IMG/VR virus record: IMGVR_UViG_3300045988_181454 | Coordinates: 1-16,604 of that record | Length of the DNA: 16,604 nucleotides | Reading direction: 5' to 3' (one strand) | DNA from: a virus | Shown here: one piece after another, positions 6,204 through 14,669 of the stretch | How positions within the stretch are numbered: position 1 is the first letter of the stretch | How the letters are laid out: each line of letters opens with the position of its first letter | The notes under the pieces: generated by a model | Told to the model about the DNA's origin: nothing | Databases searched by the model: none | The model's input: only the letters and a program-made list of their open reading frames with translations | Made by a program: the position numbers and the translations under genes

Positions 6204-6935
6204 TCACCAATAGGTCGGGTAGTGGTCTGTAAAAGTCGAGTCGAGGCCCCATATGGACAGGAAGAGCCCGTCCAACTCCTCTACGATCATCATATCAATA
6301 TTCGCAATGGTCGCGCGCCACGCCGCGATCAATTCGGCGGCCGGCCGGCCGCGGCCCGTGGTGCGCGTAATATTATGAGACTCATCCTCGCCCGTGGAGG
6401 CCGTGTTGGTGCGATTATCGCCGGTGCCCAAGTTTTTCTGCGAGCCCGCGGCTCGGGAATCCCCGGAGGAATTGGTGTCCACGGCGCTCGTGGCGTAATC
6501 CGCGTTCCCGGCGAGCCGGGACTGGGGCGCCTCGGAATTGACCGCCCGCGTCTTCGAGGTGGTGTCAGTATTGGACGTGGATTCCTGCGAGGACTCATCC
6601 CGTGTAGTGGTGCGCGAGTCCAGCCCGGATTTATTAGTGGCGCGACCGTCCGACGCCACCGTCATATCAACATCGGCCATCATGATTTTCGCGTCGGGCA
6701 GCGTTTTCGCGTACTCGCAATAAAAAGGCATGATCTCACGCATCTTCGTGCGCAGACGCCGGATGAATTGATCGACCGTCTCATGAGCGATCTCATGATA
6801 CCAATAATGATCAATAATCTTTCCGTTGAGCGCGGCCCGGTGCCCCTCATCCCAGATCGGATAATCGGAAAGCGCGAGCCCGACGACGTCGCAGACTTCA
6901 ACGATTTCGCGCAGTTCGGCAGTGTATTCGCCCAT
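6204..6935 (-). CDS. Lower collar protein (phi29 gp11-like)
   Basis: The N-terminal block DYPIWDEGHRAALNGKIIDHYWYHEI...MREIMPFY resembles the lower collar family, judged from memory. It has a central S/T/N-rich low-complexity region. It lies directly downstream of the connector with a TAATG overlap. Confidence 0.75.
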   Translation of the reverse strand: MGEYTAELREIVEVCDVVGLALSDYPIWDEGHRAALNGKIIDHYWYHEIAHETVDQFIRRLRTKMREIMPFYCEYAKTLPDAKIMMADVDMTVASDGRATNKSGLDSRTTTRDESSQESTSNTDTTSKTRAVNSEAPQSRLAGNADYATSAVDTNSSGDSRAAGSQKNLGTGDNRTNTASTGEDESHNITRTTGRGRPAAELIAAWRATIANIDMMIVEELDGLFLSIWGLDSTFTDHYPTYW

Positions 6936-7825
6936 TAGATCTCATCCTCCTGAGGCGCCCACTCAACAATGACGTCAAGCCCGTACTTCTTGTTGATCTC
7001 GCGTGCCGCCTGACGCCTGGGGCCGATACTCACGGTGCGCATCATGGCCACCTGACCCATGCTGCCGACGGCCTCCTCGACCACCATGCGCTCCCTCTTG
7101 TCATCATTGACATTCTTGACCCCCAAGTATGTGAGGGCCTCATCCCAGACACGGGATTTCGCGGCCTGAATATCCGCGACGATCCCTTTTTCCAGGCGCA
7201 TATCGAGCACCTGGGCCCGCTCGCCCAGTGCCGCGGGCCCCATGGCGTCGGTCGTGAAGATCACGGGGTCGCCGTCGGCGACGGCGCGAAAAGCATTAAT
7301 CATGGACACGCGCTCATCCTGCGAGGCCGAGATGATATATGGATGGCGCAGGGCCAGGGCGGTCACGTCGAATGTGACATCAATTTCAGCGAGACGCTGG
7401 GCGAAGATCATGATCGCGTCGAGTTCGGGAGTGCGCGTCCTGTTGCCCCAGATGGGGATGCAATCGCGTCCGGAGATCACCTTATTGACCATGGAGTTCC
7501 CGTACACCTGGAAATCGGTCGGATTGTCATACATATTGACGACGCCCGCGGGCGTGGCGGTGAGGCACATGAATCGATCATAATCCGCGTCGAAGTAGAA
7601 GGCCGCCAACCCGTTGCGGATGAGGGCCTGCTCAAGATATCTCACATCGATTCCGGGCGGCATGTTGCGCCATTTGAATCGCGCCAGCGCCATGTCCTCC
7701 AGCAGGCGCGTGTACATGGTGACCATGACGTCGCGGCGCGACGCGGAATTATCTACGGATAACGGCTTGTAGAAATTATCGTAGATATTGTTTTTCACAT
7801 GGTCGGGGCGCTTGCGCCTGCCCAT
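6935..7825 (-). CDS. Head-tail connector / portal (upper collar, phi29 gp10-like)
   Basis: 296 aa. The N-terminus is basic (MGRRKRP). FKWRNMPPGIDVRYLEQALIRNGLAAFY parallels phi29 gp10 [28 protein letters not shown], recalled from memory. RBS is GGAGGA. Confidence 0.88.
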   Translation of the reverse strand: MGRRKRPDHVKNNIYDNFYKPLSVDNSASRRDVMVTMYTRLLEDMALARFKWRNMPPGIDVRYLEQALIRNGLAAFYFDADYDRFMCLTATPAGVVNMYDNPTDFQVYGNSMVNKVISGRDCIPIWGNRTRTPELDAIMIFAQRLAEIDVTFDVTALALRHPYIISASQDERVSMINAFRAVADGDPVIFTTDAMGPAALGERAQVLDMRLEKGIVADIQAAKSRVWDEALTYLGVKNVNDDKRERMVVEEAVGSMGQVAMMRTVSIGPRRQAAREINKKYGLDVIVEWAPQEDEI

Positions 7826-9951
7826 TATTGATCACTCCAATCACTCAGAGGCTTATTATCACCGTAATCCATATTGCCGATGTGCTCCTTCCGGCGCCAC
7901 ACCGTGACGCCCTGCTCGAGTATACCGCAGATCGTCGCCCGGAACGATTCCGGACACGATTGGGACGTGCACGTGACTTCAAGACACTTCCAGTAGGTGA
8001 AATGCGTCATGCACAGGAAATCAATGGGGAGCCTGGCGAAGACATTCGCCGCCTGCCCGTACCTCAGCCAGTATTCGCCGATCACGCGCATGGCCCCGTC
8101 GGGAATCGTCTTGATCTTCGCCACGAGTTTCCATTGGTCCGCGGCCAGGATGAAGGCCTCTCCCCCTACCTGACCTGACGTGGTCGGTTGAATGAGCCGT
8201 GCGTCCTGTGTCTTGGCGTTGATTCCGGCGATGGCAGCCTGATAATCCCCGCGGCGCGTCGCGTTCGCGAGTTCGAGGTTCATATCGCGCTGTTGGTTCC
8301 CTGACCGGGTTTGAATCGCGTTGATAGCGGACGCATTTTGCTGAGAAAGCTGCGTGAGCGCATTTCCGGCCTCGTAATTCACATAACCGGACACGCCCTG
8401 AGTGACGGCACCGAGAATGTTACCGCCCGCAAGCGAGCCCACCATTCCGAGCCCGGTATTTGCGGCATTCTGGATATTGCGGACGTGCTGCTGCTGCCCC
8501 ATATTGGCGTTGCTCTGGTTGGTGATCGCCGCGGAAGCGGCAATGTTATTCCCCGCAATATTATAAGCAGTCTGTGCGGCCATCTGCGCCTTCGCCTGAG
8601 ACCAGTCCGCCGCCTGATACTGGTAGGCGATCGAATGCGCACTGGACGCCATATAACTGAGATACCCGTTATTGAGGACCGAGAAAGTGGGGAGATTGGA
8701 AATGCCCACGGCCATGTCCAGATACTCGCCCGCGTCGTCGTCAAAATTACCCCACGCGGTCTTCCGATCCCCATACGCCATGGGGAAGAACATGATCCGC
8801 GGATTGGGCGGCACCGCATGGGACAACTGCGTGACGCGGAAATTGGGGGAACCGAAAAGTTCCGGCTTGAGCACGATGGGCGTCGCCGTGTACGTCGTCA
8901 ATTCGATCGCCGCGTACGGGTAGCACGCGAACTTCATGAAGCGCCTATAACGTTCGGGAATGGTGCTGCGAATCCAATGCACAAGATCCCCGGCGAAATC
9001 AATATCCACACGAACGTGCTCCTCCTCCCCTGAATTGACATTCATGGAATAGAGGCACGCGGGCCCGGCGCCGCCGTTGAGTTTCTGAGGATTCTGAGAC
9101 AGGAAGACGCTCCTGAAAATAGCGGATTCCGGTACCATGGTGATGGAGATGATGCCCTGGCTCACCCACGGGTAATCCTTCAGGTGGGTGATCATGGGCG
9201 AGAAATCCTTCATCTTCACCGCCCAGATCTCACACCCATTGGGCAGCATCTCCGCCGTAGACCCCGTCGCAGTCTTCAGCTCCGGTTTATCCACCGTCCC
9301 ATACGCCGCGGTGAGATTAGTCGTCGCACAAATCACGACGACGGGCGCCGGATCCCCGCCCAGAGGGTCGGCCAGCGGCTTGCGCATGAAATCCCGTGTC
9401 ACATAATCGGAGCCCATGTCCAGTCCCTCGGCCACCGTGAGCCGGCGGCGCATGTAATCCAGCGCCTCACCGCCGTCGCCGGCCGGCTGGCACGCCTCGA
9501 CGAAATGCGAGCGCTCGATATAGCAGCGCCCCATTTTCACAGTGCGCACCCACGTCTGCCACACGTCCAGTTGCAGGGTGATCTGCGTGGTGCCCGGGGC
9601 GACGTACTCCACGGACGTGATGAAATAGAAATATATTTTCGGGTTGCGGCCGCCCTCACGGCCGTTGCGCACAACGCAATAATTATACTTCGAGGCGTCC
9701 GTGAAAGACGCAGGAATGCGCACGGGCCGCCCGTGCACGCAGTAGGTCATGGCTGTAATCTCGATATTGCGACCGTCCGCAATAATATCGCGGAAGCACG
9801 CCTCATCGGAAGGATACCAAACGACGTTCCGATATCCCATGTCCCACGGGACATTGCACAGCGTGACCGCCGTGCCGGGCGTCCAGGTGGCGTAGGAGAA
9901 ATCATATCCGAAATCCCCGGGACTGTCCACGGGATCAAAAGCGGAGGTCAT
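7825..9951 (-). CDS. Tail knob protein (phi29 gp9-like)
   Basis: CNVPWDMGYRNVVWY and KIYFYFITSVEYVAPGTTQITLQLDVWQTW parallel phi29 gp9 ADVPFSNDYKNTRWF and KWFYAFVTELEF...HFEIDVLQTW, recalled from memory. I prefer the ATG at 9951 (GAAGGGA upstream) over the TTG at 9957. Confidence 0.9.
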   Translation of the reverse strand: MTSAFDPVDSPGDFGYDFSYATWTPGTAVTLCNVPWDMGYRNVVWYPSDEACFRDIIADGRNIEITAMTYCVHGRPVRIPASFTDASKYNYCVVRNGREGGRNPKIYFYFITSVEYVAPGTTQITLQLDVWQTWVRTVKMGRCYIERSHFVEACQPAGDGGEALDYMRRRLTVAEGLDMGSDYVTRDFMRKPLADPLGGDPAPVVVICATTNLTAAYGTVDKPELKTATGSTAEMLPNGCEIWAVKMKDFSPMITHLKDYPWVSQGIISITMVPESAIFRSVFLSQNPQKLNGGAGPACLYSMNVNSGEEEHVRVDIDFAGDLVHWIRSTIPERYRRFMKFACYPYAAIELTTYTATPIVLKPELFGSPNFRVTQLSHAVPPNPRIMFFPMAYGDRKTAWGNFDDDAGEYLDMAVGISNLPTFSVLNNGYLSYMASSAHSIAYQYQAADWSQAKAQMAAQTAYNIAGNNIAASAAITNQSNANMGQQQHVRNIQNAANTGLGMVGSLAGGNILGAVTQGVSGYVNYEAGNALTQLSQQNASAINAIQTRSGNQQRDMNLELANATRRGDYQAAIAGINAKTQDARLIQPTTSGQVGGEAFILAADQWKLVAKIKTIPDGAMRVIGEYWLRYGQAANVFARLPIDFLCMTHFTYWKCLEVTCTSQSCPESFRATICGILEQGVTVWRRKEHIGNMDYGDNKPLSDWSDQ

Positions 9952-9966
9952 AATCAATTCCCTTCC

Positions 9967-9999
9967 CGGGCGCCCGGAGAATCATTCTCCGGGCGCCCG
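9967..9999 (-). terminator. Strong hairpin between the capsid and tail knob genes; possible partial terminator, attenuator or RNA-stability element
   Basis: Arms CGGGCGCCCGGAGAAT and ATTCTCCGGGCGCCCG are 16 nt each and separated by 1 nt. No U-tract follows on the - strand transcript. Confidence 0.45.
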
Positions 10000-10005
10000 A
10001 AAATG

Positions 10006-11403
10006 CTACTCCCTGATCGCCTTCGCGATCTCGACCTTGACGCTGGCACTCTTCTCCGTCGGCGCCGCCTGCGGATTATTCGCAGGTCGATACGCGAGCG
10101 AGGCGACAATAGTGAGCGAACCGCCCTTCTCCGACGGGGAAATGTTGAGAACGCCCTCATTATCGATCCGCGTCCTCGAGGACAAATTGTTCCTGACCTC
10201 GAAATCAATACCCCACTCGAATCCGTCCCCGCCCGTCACGGGAGCGGACACGACAAGCGTCTCACCCGGCACGGCGCCCGTCGCCGGCACATCCGTGCCG
10301 TCCATCCGCTTCACCGCCAACGCCCCGAGAACCGGCGCCTTCGGCGGCACCGGAATCGTGGTCGGAGTGCCCGTGGTGAGCATGACGCACGGCGCGAAAC
10401 GCGACGCCGAAATGATCTCGTGATGGTGGAGGAAGTAATTCGTGGTCATGCCGACGGGATTGGGCTGCGACCGCGTCTCGATAAGCGTGTCCGCGACCAT
10501 GAAGAAATCACGCGCCGTCAGGATCGCCTGGCACTCATTAATGCCGAAGCAATCCTGAGGGATCTGAATAATCCGCGACGGCGCGTCCGCCCGATCCATA
10601 TTGAACGCCGCGGCCAGCGCCTCCACGTCAATATTCGCCACGAACTCAGGAGAGGCGAAAATGACAAGATCCTCAGGCGCCGCGAAAGTCGGCATACCCG
10701 CCGGATTGTAATTAGTGGACAGGAATCCCAGCCGCCCGGCCGTTGCCCGCAGAATCTTCAGCGCAGACCGGGCGTCAGCCGCCGTCGCGGAAAGCGTCTG
10801 CATATCCGGGCACTTGACTCGGAAAATGCCGGCAGCGGAGTCCATGACCTTGAAAAGAGACGTCATGAGGAGGAACTCGTCCCACTGATCCGACGTCGTC
10901 GGCGCGGACATGACCTGAGAGACGAACGAGGAGAGGCCGCCCGCGTCGAGGAAGGCGCGGCGGAGAATATCCTCGTTCACCGTCACCGGATAATAATTCT
11001 GCCGATTCACCGTGTGAAATGCGGAGCGGACGTCAAGGCGCTTCTGACCGAAGATCTCACCTTCGAGATAATCACGCCCGGGAGAGTACTCGCGCGCCTC
11101 GATGAGGCCGGTCTGAATCTCTTCGATCTGCGAGCCGTAAACAATGTTTCCGCGCTTGAAAATCGCGAGAGGATTGTTCCAGATGTTGTTCCGGGCCACT
11201 ACGAGCGCAATGCGATTAATGAGCGCATCGCAGAACTCATTGTAAAGGGGACGATACCGCGTCAGTGTCCCCAGGAGTTCCGAAACATTCGCCTGCGTCG
11301 CAGCCGGAATGCGCCGCTGATAATCAAGCGACGCCCCATTCCTGATGGCGTTCAGGACGTCCGAATTGTTCGCGTCAATGATCTTGCCGGGATTCCGTCC
11401 CAT
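10006..11403 (-). CDS. Major capsid protein (phi29 gp8-like) with a C-terminal Ig-like (BIG2-type) domain
   Basis: VLNAIRNG, PAATQANVSE, NEFCDALINRIALVVARNNIWNNPLAIFKRGNIVYGSQIEEIQT parallel phi29 gp8, recalled from memory. I prefer the ATG at 11403 with AAGGAGGA 9 nt upstream. The GTG at 11409 is too close to the SD. Confidence 0.9.
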   Translation of the reverse strand: MGRNPGKIIDANNSDVLNAIRNGASLDYQRRIPAATQANVSELLGTLTRYRPLYNEFCDALINRIALVVARNNIWNNPLAIFKRGNIVYGSQIEEIQTGLIEAREYSPGRDYLEGEIFGQKRLDVRSAFHTVNRQNYYPVTVNEDILRRAFLDAGGLSSFVSQVMSAPTTSDQWDEFLLMTSLFKVMDSAAGIFRVKCPDMQTLSATAADARSALKILRATAGRLGFLSTNYNPAGMPTFAAPEDLVIFASPEFVANIDVEALAAAFNMDRADAPSRIIQIPQDCFGINECQAILTARDFFMVADTLIETRSQPNPVGMTTNYFLHHHEIISASRFAPCVMLTTGTPTTIPVPPKAPVLGALAVKRMDGTDVPATGAVPGETLVVSAPVTGGDGFEWGIDFEVRNNLSSRTRIDNEGVLNISPSEKGGSLTIVASLAYRPANNPQAAPTEKSASVKVEIAKAIRE

Positions 11404-11405
11404 GA

Positions 11406-11717
11406 TCACTCATCCTCCTTGAAAAGATCGTCCACGGTAATAGTCTCGGCACGGTCATCCCCACCGGCCCCGTCGCCGCCGGCGTCATCGGCCGGGGAAT
11501 CATCCCCCACGCGCACGAGAAGATCATAGTTCCTGGCCTTGAGATCACCGATCTCCGCCAGGAGCGCCGCATTCGCCGCCTCCAACTCGGCCACACGGGC
11601 GCCGGCCGACTCCGCCAGCCGCTCCCGTTCGCTGTAAGCGGCGGTCAGATCATCATAGATGGTCTCGGGCGGCGACTCGGACTGTAATGCTGTGATGAGA
11701 TCTGAAAAGTCTGCCAT
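11406..11717 (-). CDS. Scaffolding protein candidate, 103 aa, acidic and helical
   Basis: The ATG at 11717 is preceded by CAGGAGGAA, and the longer ORF back to 11939 has no support. The sequence is Ala/Glu/Asp/Leu-rich and coiled-coil-like. It lies directly upstream of the capsid gene, like phi29 gp7. Confidence 0.6.
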   Translation of the reverse strand: MADFSDLITALQSESPPETIYDDLTAAYSERERLAESAGARVAELEAANAALLAEIGDLKARNYDLLVRVGDDSPADDAGGDGAGGDDRAETITVDDLFKEDE

Positions 11718-11732
11718 TGCATTCCTCCTGCA

Positions 11733-11776
11733 ATAAAAAGAGCGGGGCGGGGAATCGATTTCAGATTCCCCGCCCC
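11733..11776 (-). terminator. Intrinsic terminator at the end of the right early operon
   Basis: On the - strand, GGGGCGGGGAATC, a 7-nt loop and GATTCCCCGCCCC are followed by GCTCTTTTTATT. Confidence 0.7.
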
Positions 11777-11777
11777 T

Positions 11778-11805
11778 ATTATGACACAGGATCACACGCG
11801 CGCAA
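11778..11805 (-). promoter_or_regulatory. Candidate late promoter (TTGCGC-N16-TGtCATAAT, extended -10)
   Basis: On the - strand, TTGCGC lies at 11805..11800 and CATAAT at 11783..11778, preceded by TGT. It is the only promoter-like element between the RHH gene and the scaffold gene. Confidence 0.4.
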
Positions 11806-11872
11806 TAGCGACGGAGGCCCGCAAACACGCCCGTCGAGCACCTATCACGGTGAGCCGATCCCAACGGGGCGC

Positions 11873-12064
11873 CTACTGCACGTCGTGCTCCTGCGCGACC
11901 ATGATAGCAGGATTCTCCCATCCATGGGCCACGGCCCACTGATGGATCGCCTCACGCACGATGGAGGCGACGCTCCGCCTCTCCCGCCAGCGCGTATCGT
12001 CCACATAATCATAGAGATCGTGCGGAATAGTAGTGGAAATATTGCACATACGGTCCTCGGTCAC
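11873..12064 (-). CDS. Ribbon-helix-helix (CopG/Arc/MetJ-type) DNA-binding protein, 58-63 aa
   Basis: The pattern is ISTTIPHDLYDYVDD (beta strand plus helix) followed by RSVASIVREAIHQW (second helix). The start is either GTG 12064 (GTGA overlap with the polymerase stop) or ATG 12049. Confidence 0.7.
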   Translation of the reverse strand: MTEDRMCNISTTIPHDLYDYVDDTRWRERRSVASIVREAIHQWAVAHGWENPAIMVAQEHDVQ

Positions 12065-13761
12065 GATGATCTTCCTCTCACGGCGGAGTACGTGAAATAA
12101 GTCTCTCTGAGGATCACTCCGCCAGGAATCCTCTTCGGGACCAGTTTACCTCCCCAGCGTTGATCCCGCAACATGTCTACGGGGGAGATCTTGTCTCCCA
12201 GATCGCGTGGCAATCCGGCAATGTGAGTATCATTAACACCGTCTTTACTCTCACAGTACTGCTTTGCCCGGTTGAAAACCGCGGTATCGAAATCCGACTC
12301 GTGAGCCCACGCACCCAGCCGCGTCGGATGCACATCCGCACCCACAGGGCCCTCACAGCCCAGGAGATGCAGCGAATCCGTGTCCGCGTAAAGGAACCGA
12401 TCATAATTCTTCTGAGCCGTCCTAATAGTATAATCCCGCGCCCAGGACGTCACAAAAACCGCCAGCGCCGTGTACACCGGCTCACGCGTACGCGCCCTCC
12501 CCTGAACCAATCGCACGGCGCCATCCTCCATCACAGGAATCCGGCCCGTAGCGTCAGTGCCACTGCCGAACTTCCCATAAAGGCTATTAAGATAAAGTTT
12601 CGCCATGGCGCGCTTACCGCCCGTAGAATTGGCTTTAATCTCGCCCCACTTATCAATATACCTGTTGAAGAATCCCTGGCGCGACGCGAAACGCCAGCCG
12701 CCATCCCAAGCGTAAACGTCGATATCATACTGCTCATTCCACAGCGCCCAATCCACGCTGGACACGCTGAAAGTAGTCGGCTCCGCAATCTCATCAACAT
12801 ACTCCGACGACGAACCGCGAAAACCACTCCGCACCTGAATACACGGAATGTGATCCGGCTTAATCCGCGCCGTAAGGGTCACATGCCCGATCCACAACCC
12901 ATCCGACGGCGGCCCGCCCTCGAAACGAACCGGAATCCCGTAGGGAAGCGGACGCTCGCGCATCACATACGGGTACAAAGAATTAACATCATAAACGGAC
13001 CCATTCTCAACCAGTGCGCCCGCCGTCCGCCTATCCGCATACGTGAAACCGCCGCGATAAGCCCGCCGAATATCCGCGTCAATATCAAGCGGCAGGACGG
13101 GAAAATACTTTTCGAAGTTCTTCCAACCGAAAATACCCCGGAACTCGTGCAACGCGTCCGACGCCACGGTAAGCGCCCGCATACCCTCATGGATGACCTG
13201 AGACAGCGCCGTCACCACGATACTCACGTCCGTGCGCACATACTCCCACTCGGCCTCCGTCGGCTCATAGCCGGCCGGCCGGGGGAGAGTGTAGTCGATC
13301 TCGCCCTTGCCCTGCTCGCACTCGAATGCCTTCGCCATCTGGGCCACGGTCATGGGCAATTTCTTGAGCGAGTCCTTGAAGACGACGTTCGGAAACCGAA
13401 TCGCGTAGAACATTCCCATATCGTCAATAAGGCACGAGAAGCAATTCTCGGGAATAATATCCTTCGGCGAGTCCACTTCCACATGCTTGTACCCGTGCGT
13501 CAACGCCCAATAAATAATGAAATTGCCGTCGAACCTCAGGTTATGGAAGTAAATGTCCAACCCGGAACCGAGCGTGCGCGCCATGAAAGAATCAATATCC
13601 GTGCCGTACTGATACCCGCACTCGGCATTAACCTCACGCAAGCACCATGCCCACACATGAGTACTATCAGCGGCGACGTCCGCGTCCGTTTCGAAGTCCG
13701 CGACGGCCACTCCGTCCAGAGGATCGCTTCTGCGGCGACTGCGCCGGCGGGACTCGGACAC
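12061..13761 (-). CDS. Protein-primed family-B DNA polymerase (phi29 gp2-like)
   Basis: ExoI is ADFETD, ExoII is HNLRFDGNFI and ExoIII is YVRTDVSIV. Motif A is DVNSLYPYVM, motif B is KLYLNSLYGKFG, motif C is YADTDS, and KQY is present. The segment between motifs B and C (PVYTALAVFVTSWARDYTI..AQKNYDR) resembles the phi29 TPR2 region. The GTG start at 13761 lies 7 nt after GAAGGAG. Confidence 0.96.
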   Translation of the reverse strand: MSESRRRSRRRSDPLDGVAVADFETDADVAADSTHVWAWCLREVNAECGYQYGTDIDSFMARTLGSGLDIYFHNLRFDGNFIIYWALTHGYKHVEVDSPKDIIPENCFSCLIDDMGMFYAIRFPNVVFKDSLKKLPMTVAQMAKAFECEQGKGEIDYTLPRPAGYEPTEAEWEYVRTDVSIVVTALSQVIHEGMRALTVASDALHEFRGIFGWKNFEKYFPVLPLDIDADIRRAYRGGFTYADRRTAGALVENGSVYDVNSLYPYVMRERPLPYGIPVRFEGGPPSDGLWIGHVTLTARIKPDHIPCIQVRSGFRGSSSEYVDEIAEPTTFSVSSVDWALWNEQYDIDVYAWDGGWRFASRQGFFNRYIDKWGEIKANSTGGKRAMAKLYLNSLYGKFGSGTDATGRIPVMEDGAVRLVQGRARTREPVYTALAVFVTSWARDYTIRTAQKNYDRFLYADTDSLHLLGCEGPVGADVHPTRLGAWAHESDFDTAVFNRAKQYCESKDGVNDTHIAGLPRDLGDKISPVDMLRDQRWGGKLVPKRIPGGVILRETYFTYSAVRGRSS

Positions 13762-14629
13762 CTGACAACTCCTTCAAATACTGATCCAACTCCGCGCGGG
13801 AATCCTCCATTCCCATGAGGAAATTCTCGGTTCGCGACTTCAGTTTCTCCTCACTCGTGCGCGGGTGAGGGGACTCCAAGTATTTCACCGCCTCATAGCG
13901 GAACGAAATATTCCTGGCGAGCGCGCCATCCACCGTCCACACGAACATGAGCGTCTCATCATCCATACCCTCAATCAATTCAAGTAAATCCTTGTCACCG
14001 GTGCGCGCCACCATATCCCGAATATTCTCGCGCACCAAAGCCGCCCGCTTGGCGTACCCACGCGGCGACCGCGCCTCAGCCAAATGATCCGCCAATTTCT
14101 TGGCCGCCTCATCGCTGACGATTTGCTGGGGAAGAGGCAACTTCCGATCGAAATGATCCTCAAACGGATTCTTCGACGCCTGCCAGGGCGACGGCCGCGT
14201 CCAAGAAAGCACCTCCTCCGCCGTCCTACCGAAACCCGACCACGGCGTCGGAACTTCAGCAGTACGCTCCCTATACTCCGCCCGTTCCTCATTATACCGA
14301 CGCGTCTCATACACATAGGCGGCCATATGCCTCCTCGAAATCGGCGCCCCGCCAACACCACCATAAAAACCAATAGACTTGGAATTATTGAACTCGATGA
14401 GCCTCTCAAGCGCGGCCCTGGCCTGAGCGGTCGTCATACGCCCCACACGACGCCCCGGCACCCGCGGATCACGCCCAGTCCCACGCAAATCCACGCCAGA
14501 CACTTTCCCACGCATATACGCCAGCGGCCCGCGCAGACCATACGTGCCCTTGGCAATAGCCGCCAATTTACGCCCCGCACGCCTATTCTCACGGCGCACC
14601 GCATCACGCAGATCATCCAACTCACTCAT
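13667..14629 (-). CDS. Terminal protein candidate (320 aa, basic)
   Basis: It lies immediately upstream of the polymerase and overlaps it, as phi29 gene 3 precedes gene 2. The size is similar. Both the N-terminus (RRENRRAGRK) and C-terminus (RRGLRNGRGRRR) are Arg-rich. There is only loose block similarity to phi29 TP, judged from memory. Confidence 0.55.
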   Translation of the reverse strand: MSELDDLRDAVRRENRRAGRKLAAIAKGTYGLRGPLAYMRGKVSGVDLRGTGRDPRVPGRRVGRMTTAQARAALERLIEFNNSKSIGFYGGVGGAPISRRHMAAYVYETRRYNEERAEYRERTAEVPTPWSGFGRTAEEVLSWTRPSPWQASKNPFEDHFDRKLPLPQQIVSDEAAKKLADHLAEARSPRGYAKRAALVRENIRDMVARTGDKDLLELIEGMDDETLMFVWTVDGALARNISFRYEAVKYLESPHPRTSEEKLKSRTENFLMGMEDSRAELDQYLKELSGVRVPPAQSPQKRSSGRSGRRGLRNGRGRRR

Positions 14630-14638
14630 AATATAACA

Positions 14639-14669
14639 GGCGGCCCGTCAATAATATTGACGGGCCGCC
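14639..14669 (-). terminator. 14-bp-stem hairpin immediately upstream of the terminal-protein ATG; attenuator or regulatory structure
   Basis: Arms GGCGGCCCGTCAAT and ATTGACGGGCCGCC are separated by a 3-nt loop. On the - strand it is followed by TGTTATATT and then the ATG. Confidence 0.5.

Noticed and set aside
4665-6938. ORFs of 264 aa and 445 aa on the + strand, antisense to the appendage and lower collar genes. ORFs 8311..9033 and 14084..15124 are similar cases.
   Set aside because: For 5601..6938 I checked that it is in codon register with the - strand genes (register 0 mod 3), so it is the same antisense artefact of GC-rich codon bias. The others I reject on composition and lack of translation signals, and each is fully covered by a well-supported - strand gene.
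9184-11529. A 781-aa ORF on the + strand, antisense to the tail knob and capsid genes
   Set aside because: It is in exact codon register with the - strand genes (all start positions are congruent to 1 mod 3). It therefore stays open only because TTA, CTA and TCA codons are avoided. The product is Arg-rich and low-complexity, and there is no RBS.
11718-11939. An extended 177-aa version of the scaffold ORF starting at 11939
   Set aside because: The upstream 74 codons run through the terminator hairpin, the candidate promoter and the 3' end of the RHH gene. The strong RBS CAGGAGGAA sits before the internal ATG at 11717.
12160-13818. A 552-aa ORF on the + strand, antisense to the DNA polymerase
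   Set aside because: It is the same codon-aligned antisense artefact (register 1 mod 3 on both strands). The sequence is Arg/Pro/Ile-rich with no motifs.
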